DNA of 64,000 nt from Eledone cirrhosa (GCA_964016885.1 OZ024746.1:48422001-48486000); one strand, 5' to 3'; positions 45,733-59,333 are shown, counted from the first letter of the stretch. The notes: generated from the sequence alone by a model not told the origin. Made by a program: numbers and translations.

Positions 45733-46559
45733 CTTCTTCTTCTTCTTCTTCTTCTTCTTCTTCTTCTTCTTCTTCCCCCCTCCCCCCTCTTCTTCTTTAT
45801 TATTCGATGTTATTTTCAATTAAATATTTGCGAACAATTTCTTATCTTAGCTAACAGACCACTTCGTTTTAGATGCGAGATTTGTTTATTTACTTCAATT
45901 AACGTACAGCTTGTTATTCTTGAATTTTGTCACTTTCATCAATAGGAAAATAAATGCTAAAAAAAAAGATATGGCTGCAGTCAAGTAGTTTTGTGATAAA
46001 GGTTTGTTCTTCATATCTTGTATCATTATTTTTTGTTTTCATAACGTTTTGATCATTTTTAGAAAAATCAATTTAGAGGAATTTTGTAAAATTCTGAATG
46101 ATTTTCGATTGAACCAAATTATATCGAAAATAAATATCGTTTTCTCAATCGCAATACATGTAAAATGATTTTATTTTATTTTTTTAATTTTAGAGCAAAT
46201 ATATCATGTACAATTGGGGTCATATCCGTATATAGAACAACACTTCATATCATTTAAAACTGTTGAACTAAATATTGATTTTCTACTTCAGAATGGAGAG
46301 AAATAAGATTCAAACGTCCGAATGTAATTAAAAGACGTATTACAGATTAAGTGTCTGAATATCTTGTGCTCACACTGAATCAAGTACACCTATGATGGAA
46401 AAGTAAACTAGCTAAGAGTATATGGTCTTTTGTACTTTTTTCGCAAAAATTCAGTGCGTTAAAAATCTCATTATCCACTGCATCATTTCTGCCAATTGGC
46501 CACGATTTTTAGCAGATCAAGCGACATCATAGAAGCTCTCTTTCTTTCTCTCGTGGTTG

Positions 46560-47300
46560 TTGCTGTCTATATCCAGCTCGTATATTTGACGCTGGTGTCA
46601 GATTTAATTCTGTACATTATGCACTCAATTCAACCATTAGCACTTGAAGGCTAAAACACAACGAACAAGTGTTATCCGGGATTTACTCTTTGTTGATGAT
46701 GCTGCACTTGTTGCGACATCTCACGAAGAAGCGCAATAATTGATGAACCGCTTCTCTCTTGCCTGTAAGCCGTTTGGTTTAACAATCGGCATTAAAAAGA
46801 TTGAAAAAGCCACCTACTCCCAGACAAGTAGATATTAAGCAGGGACAACCAGGGCACAGGCATCTCCATATTCCCATCACTGTTGATGTCAAGAATCTGA
46901 AGTATGTGGAATCCTTTACTTACCTTGGCAGCAAGGTGAACTCACACTGATTCCCCGGATGATGAGATCGTCAATAGCGTCTCCAAAGCAACAGATGCTT
47001 TTTGCAAACTACATCATCATCTATAGGCTGTCAGACGTATATTCCTGAAAACGAAAGTTGCAGTTTATCGTGCAATGGTACTATCAAAAGTTTTATACGG
47101 CTTGGAGTCATGAACACTTTATCGCACCCACATTTATAAGCTTGATGTGTTCCACAAGATTTGTCTTCGGTCTATCTGTGGTTATGCATTTTCTGACAGA
47201 GCCTTCAATACCGATCTGTTCACGAGGTACTACATCGTTGAATATATATCATACATACCATGCCATTAGTAGACCGCATGGTGAAACAACGTGTTGCAAG
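46560..47300 (+). mobile_element. RTE-BovB-like LINE RT fragment
   Basis: LLFVDDAALVATSHEEAQ*LMNRFSLACKPFGLTI, ESFTYLGS, KTKVAVYRAMVLS. Confidence 0.8.
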
Positions 47301-47328
47301 GACGAATTTCTGTATGGATATTTTCCAT

Positions 47329-47487
47329 TTATTGTATTAGGACAATACGGCGGGTTTATATTGAGACTGGGAATAGCAGCCAAAACCGTCTATATCAGCT
47401 CAACAATGATATAGAGCTGATATAGACGGTTTTGGCTGCTATTTCCAGTCTCAATATAAACCCGCCGTATTGTCCTAATACAATAAG
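47329..47487. repeat. About 73-bp inverted repeat next to (TA)n, probably another foldback mini-element
   Basis: Arms 47329-47401 and 47414-47486; no clear hammerhead core. Confidence 0.7.
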
Positions 47488-48831
47488 TATATATATATGC
47501 TTATATATACATATATATATATATATATAGCGAAGGAAAAGTGGTAAGGAACCAGGTGGACCATAACGCACCAAAGTACTCGATACTTAGGGTAGTAGAG
47601 TGGGTAATAGGAGTAAGTAAGACCCCGACGGCTGAGCTCAAGCCGTTTCGACGGCTAATTCTGTACTGAATGAAAAATCAGTTCTGGTATTTAAATAGCC
47701 GAACTTGTCAAGGAGCAATTCCATATATGGTCAAAGAGATAATCACCAGGATTTATCATCCCACAAGGTAGTAGTAATTCTGCGATGGCAAGTAGGTGGG
47801 GGAGGTAGCCAAACCTGCCAGTAGGAGAAAAGGGGAGAGGGGCGGAGTAGACCCATTCATGCGTTGGTGGTGTCAGCTACAGCTGGGTGTGAGGTCAAAG
47901 AGGACGCCGGGGAGGGGGAGGGGGAGGAGGTCAAAACGGTAAGTAGAACGATGAAAATGGAAAACTGTAAAAGGTACTGAGAGAGAAAAGAAATATAAGC
48001 AGAAACTGGTTACTAAGACTTAATTCTCTCGCTATTGCTAGGCTGAAGAAATACATAAATAAGTAAATAAGAAATACATAAATAATATTCCACATAAGTA
48101 AATAAGAAATTCAAAATAATATTCCACATAAGTAAATAAGAAATACATAAAGAATATTCCACATAAGTAAATAAGAAATACATGAATAATATTCCACATA
48201 AGTAAATAAGAAATACATAAGTAATATTCCACATAAGTAAATAAGGAATACGTAAATAATATTCCACATAAGTAAATAAGAAATACGTAAATAATATTCC
48301 ACAAGAAATACATAAATGAGTAAATAAACAAATAAGTGAGTAAAAGGATGGATAGATAGATTTTAAAAAAAATATATAAATATATATATATAATGTAGAA
48401 TAAAAAGAATAAGAAAACAAATGATAATGATAGAAAAAAAAAACCTAGGTGTGACGGAGATAAAGGGACCCTTATGCGGGGTATAAGTGCGTGTATCGTA
48501 CGGTGACGGGTCAACAGAGGGGGGTCGGAATACTACAGAGACCACCCCGAAAAAATAAATAAATGACGGTTTCTACCCCCAAACACCGGGCCAGCAACCA
48601 CCCAGTGCAAGAAAGTAGACTAGTACGAGAATATAATTCAGGGTCCCGCAAAAAAATACTGGTGCTAACTCTAAGGGTACCGCCACGAAACAAAATGTCT
48701 TATACAAGCTACATGAAATGTCCTACGAATTAAAAATAAAGAACGGAAAATTAATACAGGAAAAAGGGAGAAAAGGGAAAAAGGGAAAAAGAAGAGATAC
48801 TGGATCGATAAAAAAAGTGTAAAAGAAGATC

Positions 48832-49449
48832 TTACCTATCCATAGGCAAGCAGGGGTTACCCATTACAAAATAGGCAAGTGGGGTGTTATAGGCTACCCC
48901 CCCCCCCCGGGTCATTATGGGGTTTGAGGGCGAGGTACTACGTAATCGGTGTTTACATGCAGTAACCAGTTCATCTTTTTTGTTAAGGAGTTGGTCCGTC
49001 GAAAACCGCATTTGTAATGTTTCCTCCGAGCATAAATTGCACGGACGGCGTCCTCCCGTGTAGGAGTTGGCTCTGGACAGTAATTTCCAAGTGAGATCAT
49101 AGTTGATGTTGTTGTCCTTGAGGTCCCATATGTGGCCCGAAAGTGTAGTGGCGTGACGCCGGGCCGGGTTTCGGAAGGTATGTCTGTGTTGGTATAGCCG
49201 GGTCTTGAAGTCGCATGCGGTCAATCCTATATAAGCTTTGTTGGAGGTGTCCGTGCTCACGTTGCACTGGTAGATCACATTACGGTCTCTGCATCTGTTG
49301 TCGAGGGGGCAACCTGATCCATCAGGACAGTTGCACCTCCTGGTCGGCTCTCCACTGCTATTTGGGTTGTTTCTTCCATCGGGGTTGAGTTTTTTGTTGT
49401 TGGAGGAGACGATGTTTTGTGCGAAGTTAGGTGTAGTGCTGTAAGAGAG
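48832..49449 (-). pseudogene. GIY-YIG endonuclease C-terminal portion of a PLE ORF
   Basis: LSYSTTPNF..NNKKL..CNC....CPL...C...VIYQ...YIGLT..FKTR...H..F...TLS.HIW.LK...CNLC.EE...LNKK.EL...CKH. The clade label Naiad is from memory of this motif pattern. Confidence 0.88.
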
Positions 49450-49734
49450 TGGGTGGTTGCTGGCCCGGTGTTTGGGGGTAGAAACCGTTATTTATTTTTT
49501 TCGTGGTGGTCTCTGTAGTATTCCGACCCCCCCTCTGTTGACCCGTCACCGTACGATACACGCACTTATACCCCGCATAAGGGTCCCTTTATCTCCGTCA
49601 CACCTAGGTTTTTTTTTCTATCATTATCATTTGTTTTCTTATTCTTTTTATTCTACATTATATATATATATTTATATTTTTTTTTAAAATCTATCTATCC
49701 ATCCTTTTACTCACTTATTTGTTTATTTACTCAT

Positions 49735-50035
49735 TTATGTATTTCTTGTGGAATATTATTTACGTATTTCTTATTTACTTATATGGAATATTACTTATGT
49801 ATTTCTTATTTACTTATGTGGAATATTATTTACGTATTCCTTATTTACTTATGTGGAATATTACTTATGTATTTCTTATTTACTTATGTGGAATATTATT
49901 CATGTATTTCTTATTTACTTATGTGGAATATTCTTTATGTATTTCTTATTTACTTATGTGGAATATTATTTTGTATTTCTTATTTACTTATGTGGAATAT
50001 TATTTATGTATTTCTTATTTACTTATTTATGTATT
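49735..50035. repeat. 35-bp minisatellite inside the pLTR; mirror at about 48050-48320
   Basis: Unit TACTTATGTGGAATATTATTTAYGTATTTCTTATT, about 8 copies. Confidence 0.9.
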
Positions 50036-50368
50036 TCTTCAGCCTAGCAATAGCGAGAGAATTAAGTCTTAGTAACCAGTTTCTGCTTATATTTCTTTTC
50101 TCTCTCAGTACCTTTTACAGTTTTCCATTTTCATCGTTCTACTTACCGTTTTGACCTCCTCCCCCTCCCCCTCCCCGGCGTCCTCTTTGACCTCACACCC
50201 AGCTGTAGCTGGCACCACCAACGCATGAATGGGTCTACTCCGCCCCTCTCCCCTTTCCTCCTACTGGCAGGTTTGGCTACCTCCCCCACCTACTTGCCAT
50301 CGCAGAATTACTACTACCTTGTGGGATGACCAATCCTGGTGATTATCTCTTTGACCATATATGGAATT

Positions 50369-50463
50369 GCCCCTTGACAAGTTCGGCTATTTAAATACCA
50401 GAACTGATTTTTCATTCAGTACAGAATTAGCCGTCGAAACGGCTTGAGCTCAGCCGTCGGGGT
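50369..50463 (+). ncRNA. Type I hammerhead, U3-A8 core variant; mirror copy at about 47622-47716
   Basis: CCCC-TTGACAA-g..CGGCTA...TAGCCGtc-GAAA-CGGC ttgagctca GCCG-TC-GGGG. Confidence 0.7.
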
Positions 50464-50473
50464 CTTACTTACT

Positions 50474-50532
<59 letters not shown>

Positions 50533-50534
<2 letters not shown>

Positions 50535-50620
50535 CGAAAGAAATGTGGTAAGGAACCAGGTGGACCATAACGCACCAAAGTACTCAATACTTAGGGTAGT
50601 AGAGTGTGGTAATAGGAACC

Positions 50621-50621
<1 letters not shown>
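50533..50621 (-). mobile_element. Tail-only insertion of the Naiad-like family; third copy at 53866-54023
   Basis: Near-identical to 47530-47612, embedded in (TA)n. Confidence 0.85.
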
Positions 50622-50671
<50 letters not shown>

Positions 50672-50682
50672 TATATATATAC

Positions 50683-50779
<97 letters not shown>

Positions 50780-52129
50780 TACATATATATACATATATAT
50801 ACATATATATATACATATATATATATATATACATATATATATACATATATATATTCATATATATATATATACATATACATATATAATAGTGGAGGCACGT
50901 GGCCTAGTGGTAAGAGTATCGGACTTACGATCATAATGTCGTGGGCTCGATTCCTGTGTTGCATGTTGTGTTCTTGAGCAAAACACTTCATTTCACGTTG
51001 CTCCAGTATACTCAGCTGAAAATGAGTACCAGCAATAGCTGGAGGTTTAACCCTGCGATGGACTGGCGTCCTGTCCAGTGGGGAGTCTTGTACTCACAGT
51101 CGCTTCACGCCATGAAACCGGGATAAGCACGGGCCAAATGAGCCTTCTGGCTTAAGACAGACTTTAGACTTTAGATGTATATATATAAATAAGGGTTAGG
51201 AGACGAGGCTGTGTCGTTACTGAAAACGAAGTGTTAGCAGGTAATCGGGAGTGTCTGCGCGCGCGCGCGTATATTTATGTGTGTATGTGTGTATATTTAT
51301 GTATAGGTTTTTCATAGAATTTTAAATATTGAATTAAATCTAAGTTGAGCACTTTGTGGAAATTTCACATACATTTAAAGCTATTTTTGCGTAATAACAT
51401 AAAACTCCGTTTGACTTGCATCGCTTCGTTTTCATTTTACGATGACTACTATGTGAATAATAGAAACGAAATCCTTAAATATATGCTCCTTACATATGAA
51501 GATTACTATGGAAAATATGAAACTGAAACTTAGCTCTGTGTGTAACCAGTTCGTTGTTATATCTCTTTGTTCTTCTTTGTCCTGTTGTTTACACAATTTA
51601 CGCTTTAACTATATTTTATATGAAGTTATAGATTATTCTTGAAAACTGAAACATTAAAATATATGAAGACGTTACTATTGTAAACTATTTTTTTTTTACA
51701 TCTACAGTAGTTCTTTTTACTTCTCCAAACACACATACATACATACATTATATATATATATATATACAAATATTCAAAAATGCCATAGCTCATATTTACG
51801 GCGTATTAACTACTTCACAGGCAGACAGACACATAGTAGATTTTTCCCTCTGTCAAACGATCTACGGTAAACAAAACGCAAACTTAGCCGAAGATTACGG
51901 TTATTTGTGCAAAGTATTCCCGAGGTCACCATTAATCAGTCAAAACGGAATGTTTACTAGACTTACTGCCAACTTTCTTAGAATCGATAATCATCGCTAA
52001 AGACAAAGTATATTTGTTTGATTCAAATAAGAATAAAAGAGAAAAAGGATAGAACAGAAATAAATAAGAAAATAGCGAGAAAGATAAGGAATAAAGAAAA
52101 TGTAAACGGAGGGGAATATAAAACTCCCA

Positions 52130-52343
<214 letters not shown>

Positions 52344-52833
52344 TAAGCATGACAAGGTGGAGGAGAAAAAGGAAGAAGAGAAGAAGAAAACAAGGAAGAT
52401 GTTTGAGAAAAAGAAAGAAAATTAAATCTATGAGCAAAACACAAATGGAAAGTGAAATGATTAGAAGACAATCCAGGGAAATGTAATATCTCTTATGTCA
52501 CGCCATTACATTTAGATTCCGCGTTAACCAATTATATCTCTGTTTGGCAGAGTTTGCAACGAAAGCAAACGAAATAAATAAGGAAAGAAGAAACAAACCT
52601 CGAAATTTTAATTAATTAAAATTAATTAAATATACAAAGCCGTTCATAGTGAGTCTGATATTTAACAGCACAGATAACAACTCCAGACATGTTTCTGTTA
52701 TATTAAACTTCGTCAGCGACTATTGTTTAACAGCGACTGTTAGAGATGTATAAGGTTTTACTTTGAAGAGTGTATGATGTATTAATAGAAGGAATGGGAA
52801 AAATACACTTCACTGCAGTCAATATTTAATACA

Positions 52834-53050
52834 GGGCGGTGGATTGGCAGTATCGGTAGAGCGTCGGAGAACATGCTTTGTGGTATAGAGTTACGCCCCT
52901 TTACGATCTGAGTTCAAATCCCGCCGGGATTAGCTTTAACTTTCATCCTTATAGGGTCGATAAAATAAAGTACCAGTAATGCACTGGGGTCGATTTAATC
53001 GACTTTCCCCTCCCCAGGAAAATTGTTGGCCTTGTGCCTAAATCAGAAAC
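52834..53050 (+). mobile_element. Nin/Deu-like SINE with a 14-bp TSD
   Basis: CAATATTTAATACA on both sides. Confidence 0.85.
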
Positions 53051-53514
53051 CAATATTTAATACATTTCAGAGTGGTGGGCTAGCAGAATTGGTAAACCTT
53101 TGGATAAAATACTATTTCTTCAGTCACTTTACATTCTGAGTTCATCCTGCCAGTCGTAATCAAGTACTGGGTTTCATTTAATCAACTTCATTTAATTAAC
53201 TTTTACACATTCATCAAATATAGTGGCTTTGTGCCTAAATTTGAAATTAATATTTAATGAATTCTAATTAATTTCCCGTTTGTTGTTTTGACTTACCAGA
53301 ATTAGTGGTCAAGAAAATGATGGTTATCCAGACTAAGAGTTATTTTCTTTACTAAACAGAGATACGGTCTTTAAATTGTGAGGATATTTTCAATTATTTT
53401 CAATTATTTTCCTACTCGCTATATTCAGAAACTTTGATTTAGTTGTTCATATCATCCCAGTACTTTTTTGCAAGTCTGGTACTTATTTTATTGACCACTT
53501 TTTTGTCGAACTGC

Positions 53515-53678
53515 TATATGAGATAATACCGTATTATCTCATTTAAACCGAGCTGATGATCCGTTCGAGATGAAAGAAATTGTTCTCGGAAATGGTGTAT
53601 TAACTGTTGTGGATCTACTTCTACCAAACTCGTCTCATGGACTGAGTGTTCGACTACTGCGGATATAACCGACCAGTG

Positions 53679-53681
<3 letters not shown>
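53515..53681 (+). mobile_element. Mini-element with hammerhead (53548-53589); family of 59812-60020
   Basis: CCGAG-CTGATGA-...-GAAA-gaaattg-TT-CTCGG plus tail. Confidence 0.7.
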
Positions 53682-53753
<72 letters not shown>

Positions 53754-54045
53754 TGTAATAAACAACATAAGCTTATTACATAACTAAAAAGCTCTGTAGC
53801 CTACATAGAACACTCTTTTTCCTTTACATTTCGTACGAAAATACTTCATTTATATATATATATATAACGAAGGAAGTGTGGTAAGGAACCAGATGGACCA
53901 TAACGCACCAGAGTACTCAATACTTAGGGTAGTAGAGTGGGTAATAGGAAAATGTTCAAGACCCCTGCGGCAGAAATAGCCGTCGAAACGGCTTGAGCTC
54001 TGCCATCGGGGTCTTGAACATTTATATATATATATATATATATAT

Positions 54046-54236
54046 AGTTTTAATATAGATGAGATTCTACAGGACTAGAACTGTTTCATTCATTAGAAAT
54101 CATCATTCCTGATGATTTCTAATGAATGAAACAGTTCTAGTCCTGTAGAATCTCATCTATATTAAAACTGTTATACTCTGCTATGTATTGAGTACCTTAC
54201 TTACTGTGGTTACCTCCGATTCAACCCGGAATAACG
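54046..54236 (+). mobile_element. Mini-element: inverted arms, hammerhead core (54109-54143) and tail
   Basis: CTGATGA-tTTCtaatGAAt-GAAA-C...GTC; arms about 54046-54105 and 54110-54169. Confidence 0.75.
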
Positions 54237-54928
54237 TATATATATATATATATATATATATTGGTAAACGGAATAGAAAATGCTGACAAATTGTTCACAG
54301 TTGAAAAATGGTTTAATTAGGAATAAAAGAGTATTAGTGATTGTATGGGTTAGTATTCAGTTGTGGTTTTAAGTTTTTAAGTTTTTACCGGTTGCGCATT
54401 TCTAAATGCTTTTCAAAAATAATTTTGAGATAGAGTGTCCGTGTTGTTTGCTCTGATCTGATTAGTTTTGGGAATTCTACCTGTTTTTATGTTAAAAAAG
54501 TGGCTCCAGCGTTACTTTGGTGTTGCAAAAATTCTTGTGGTCAAAACAATTTTGATTGGTCGGGAGAGGTCATGTGAATGTAAAAAATTTTTTACATTCA
54601 CATGACTTCTACCGACCAATCAAAATTGTTTTGACCACAAGAATTTTTGCAACACCAAAGTAACGCTGGAGCCACTTTTTTAACATAAAAACAGGTAGAA
54701 TTCCCAAAACTAATCAGATCAGAGCAAACAACACGGACACTCTATCTCAAAATTATTTTTGAAAAGCATTTAGAAATGCGCAACCGGTAAAAACTTAAAA
54801 AACTTAAAACCACAACTGAATACTAACCCATACAATCACTAATACTCTTTTATTCCTAATTAAACCATTTTTCAACTGTGAACAATTTGTCAGCATTTTC
54901 TATTCCGTTTACCAATATATAATAACTT

Positions 54929-56293
54929 GTGTGTTACACCTCTATTCTTTTAACTATCATATCCTCACATGAGATACAGAAAATACCAACAAAAACGGAT
55001 ACAACCCTCATCAACTCAAATGAAGAGATCCTACAGGAACTCAAGAAAATCAACACCAACCTATCTTTGCTGGTCGAAAAACTTGACTCCACAAATAAGG
55101 AAACCGCCACCGGATACAAACCCTCCGAAATCGGCGACAAACTCCAAAACCTTTGCGATACTATCCAAACTATGTTCACTACTACCAACCCAGGAAAAAC
55201 CAACGAAGAACCATGTGAGATTGATTCATACAAAATGAAAATTCGAACAATTCCAAAATGGAACAAATCCCTCAGAGACAGAAAGTTCTCATTCTGGAAG
55301 ATGATACAAAATCACAACAAAGCAGAGATATATGAAAAATGGCTTAACTCAACCCCTCTAACTCCCTCCTGTAAACTACAAATAAAGTCCATTCCAAATG
55401 AGTCCGAACCTCAAAGACACCTTAGGGAAAGAATGGCATTGGAAAAAATGAAGACAGAAATTGAACTTCTTAAACTGAGGGCCCAGACAAATGGGGAAAA
55501 AATCAAAACCATCGATGAAGAGATCCTCCTGGAAATCAACAACAAAACTGAAGGCCCCAAGGTAGAGAAGATCTCCAAATTATGGAAAGGGGACTGCAAC
55601 AGAGAAGAACTGAAATCCCTTCAACGCTGGGAAAAAAGTGCCGCTTGGTTCCTACACTATGAATCGACATTTCAAACGGATTACACCTCCAATAACCCGT
55701 TCATAAAAATAGGAAAACCCATAACTGAACCGCACAACAACTTCTCAAACCCCCAAGCCTCTAACAAATGAACAAGGAAGCACCACACCGAAGGTGAACT
55801 TCCCAACCTCGCTACCATAAGAAGGAACAAAAACCCAAGAAATCATCTCCCCCAGAATGACATTTACAACTTTCCCCCTTCAAGGAGACACCATACCAAA
55901 TCACTCAACTACTACGCGGATGCCTCATCGTCAAACATAGGGAAAAGATACCACCACCATGATAGATGTAACAGCTTCCCCGCTTCAAGGGGACAGCAAG
56001 GTAATTACCATTTTCTCAACTCTCGCTTCCACAATACACAACAAACCCACACTAAACGATACAACCAACAACATAGGCCACTTATAACACTACAATACAA
56101 CATGGCACATAGAAACACACACTCATACTAGCAGTACAGGAACACCCCATTCAATCTACAACCACCAACCCGAACCACATTTTACAACAACAAGGAATAT
56201 AACAAACACAGGAGACCACTTAACATCAGCAGACAACCCCTCTACCCCAACCATTTTTTAGACACAGCACACAGATACAGGCAAACAAAATAA
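54929..56293 (+). pseudogene. PLE ORF1, coiled-coil-like, with two in-frame stops (55769, 56129)
   Basis: 280-aa ORF; the same frame continues past TGA and TAG (both one C>T change from CGA/CAG) to ...HFLDTAHRYRQTK* at 56293. Confidence 0.6.
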
Positions 56294-58577
56294 CACAAGA
56301 CAGGGAAGAGAAATCGATAGTAATAAAAATTATCAATCTTACTAGTGCAGAACCAACACCCAACCTTATCAACTTACTCTCCAAAGGTCTTAAATTCACA
56401 CCGACCCCACTACGTCCTAACTACTATGAAATGAAGGAAGACATCACAGACTTCTGTAGAAAGTTACGACTTAGTGAACAACTATTCGACCAGTACAATG
56501 AGGATGAATCATTAGCCAGAAATAGAAGCAATTACACCCCTTCAAAAGGTAGAAATAAAATCCTAGACGAATTCTGTGAACACATCACAAACTTGCCTTA
56601 CCAACACTTGCACAGACAAAAACACAAGCCAAACCTCAACAAGAAAGAATGGGAAGAATTAAATAGATTAAAAATCGACAAAACCATTTCAATTAAAGAA
56701 GCTGATAAAGGGAGTACAGTAGTCCTAATGGAGACAGAATTCTATATCAACTTAGCGCTCTCCACTTTGGAAAACGAAACATACTACGAAAAGGCTGAAC
56801 ACTACAATCAACAGAAAATTATGAGAAACCTAAAAACTCTAATCAACCAATACAAAGAAGGACTCACTAACAAGGAATTCAGCTTTATCACAGACTTCAC
56901 AAGTAAATCCAGCCTTTTCTACGGTATCCCTATAGTACATAAAAGCGAATCAATAAGTAAGGCATGCAAGGAAGCCACAGACATAGTCATCAATGTCCCT
57001 CACCCAATGATCTCAAATTAAGACCTATAATAGCAGGCCCCGCTTGCGAAACGCACCGTCTTAGCAACTTCATTGACACCCTTCTCAAACCCTTCCTCAA
57101 GCACATCAAAAGCTATATAAGGGACGACCTAGATATGCTCAATCACCTCCCTAATATGCCACTTTCTGAACAAACCCTACTAGTGACGTTCGATGTAGTC
57201 AACCTATACTCCAACATCCCCCACAACCTAGGAATAGAAGCTATTCAATTCTGGCTGGATAATTTCCACAATGAACTCCCACAACGCATCAAAAAAGAAT
57301 TCGTGATAGAGGGACTCAAATTTATCTTGGAGAACAATTACTTCGTTTTCAATAACAAACCCTACAGGTAGATATCTGGGACCGCTATGGGAACGAAAAC
57401 AGCCCCCACTTATGCCAACCTAGTCATGGGATACCTGGAAATCACCCTCTACACTAAAGTCCTAAACAAATTTGGAAACACCCTCCACTTACACATTGAA
57501 AGGAACTGGAAGCGATATCTAGACGACTGCTTCATCCTTTGGCACGAAAACATCGAAAAACTTAAAGAATTTCACACCCTTATAAATGGGCTCAACACGA
57601 ATATTAACTTCACGATGGAATACAGCCATCAACAACTCCCCTTCCTCGACATCCTCATTAAGATCCATAACAAAAAAATAGAAACAGACATATACTACAA
57701 GCCCACAGACTCCAAGCAATATCTCCCCTTCAACTCTTGCCACCCTAGACACGTTAAAATTAAAATTCCCTACAACTTAGCCAAGAGAATCTGTACTATA
57801 GTCTCCAATAAAAACATCTGCTACTTACGGCTACAAGAACTAAAGGACACACTCATAGGCAGGGACTACCCTGCATCACTAATTGACAATGGAATCCAAC
57901 GTGCCCTAAAACTCAGTACCCAGGACCTTAGACACACTAAAGTAAATCAACCGAAACTAAAAACTCTTCCATACATCTCCACACACAACCCCCTCAACAA
58001 TGAGGCCTTTGACACCATCCTCCAGAACATCCCTGTGTTGAAAAAGGACCATAGAATGAACCAAATTCTACGAACACACGATATCATAAAGAGCAAAAGA
58101 CAATCCAAGTCAATGAAAAACATCCTAACACATGCCAAAGTACTGCCAACCACAACAACGAAACCCACAGTAAAAAAATGCGATAGACCCAACTGTGGCA
58201 TTTGCATCAACCTAATAGAGGGTTCGGAATTCTATTTCAAAGATGGACAACGTTTTATAGTAAAACACAAATTCACATGTGCATCGGAAAATCTAATATA
58301 TGTATTAACTTGTTCAGGTTGTCGAGAACAATACATAGGCCAGACCAAAAACAGCCTCCGCCAACGCATGACTGTCCATAGATCCCAAATTAAAATACGG
58401 GAATACAGGAAAATATCACTGAGTGAACACATTGATACCTGTGCCGCCCAAAATCATCCCAACTTCAGAATCTTTCCCATCTACAAATTTAAAGATAATG
58501 CCACCTACACCCAGCGCATCAGCAAGGAATCTTACTTCATTAACAAATACGGACCCCGTCTAAACACATCTCCCTAA
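56224..58577 (+). pseudogene. PLE reverse transcriptase plus GIY-YIG endonuclease (one frameshift near 57000, one stop at 57369)
   Basis: INL...LLSKGLKFTP, ADKG, LRPII, FDVVNLYSNIP, GTAMGT, RYLDD, FLD, CDRPNCGIC, LIY...YIGQT...R...H. The Cys motif upstream of GIY-YIG suggests the Neptune clade. Confidence 0.93.
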
Positions 58578-58714
58578 GACGAACCCACAACACAAAAAGA
58601 AACCTAAATACCTACATCAGCACACATCTCTACCCACATATAAACACAATGACATACGTAAATACACATGCTCTATGGTGCAACACAAAAAATATATGTG
58701 TATATATATATATG

Positions 58715-58775
<61 letters not shown>

Positions 58776-59239
58776 GTAGTGAATATATGTATGTGTATAT
58801 ATATATAGTGAATATCATTTCACACCTATTATTGTTAAGATTTTTGATGTTCTATTGAGAACCGATTTTACTGAAAAAATCGAATAATGTACACCATTTT
58901 ACCAGGGGGAAAAAAATACTGGTCCACCCACACACACACACACACACACACATATATACACACACACATACACACGCGTACATTAACATACAAAGAGACT
59001 TATACACACACACACACACACACACGCACTTCTCCGTATAAGACAAAAGCTGAAAAATATCTTTTGACATGCTAAAATACCCCCATTGCTTTCAGACTCA
59101 TTCTTACTGACCATCCCTGCCACCACGAATTACTCTGCTACACACACACACGCACACACACACACACAGACTTATCTTAGTAGCTATTTGACACACATCG
59201 CTGCTAACCATTATCACAACATCGAACACCTTACTACTA

Positions 59240-59333
<94 letters not shown>

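Larger units (their letters stand above)
47530..50478 (-). mobile_element. 5'-truncated Penelope-like element (Naiad-like) with an approximately 1-kb inverted pseudo-LTR
   Basis: Arms 47607-48604 and 49450-50478 flank the GIY-YIG fragment; tail 47530-47606; (TA)n flanks. Confidence 0.88.

Noticed and set aside
47607-49449. Selenocysteine codon or SECIS, as reported for some Naiad PLEs
   Set aside because: No in-frame TGA in the retained fragment, and no SECIS I could convincingly fold by eye. A SECISearch run on the full consensus would be needed.
48013-50154. Hydrophobic repetitive ORFs (YLCGIL/LMWNI)
   Set aside because: They are translations of the 35-bp minisatellite within the pLTR.
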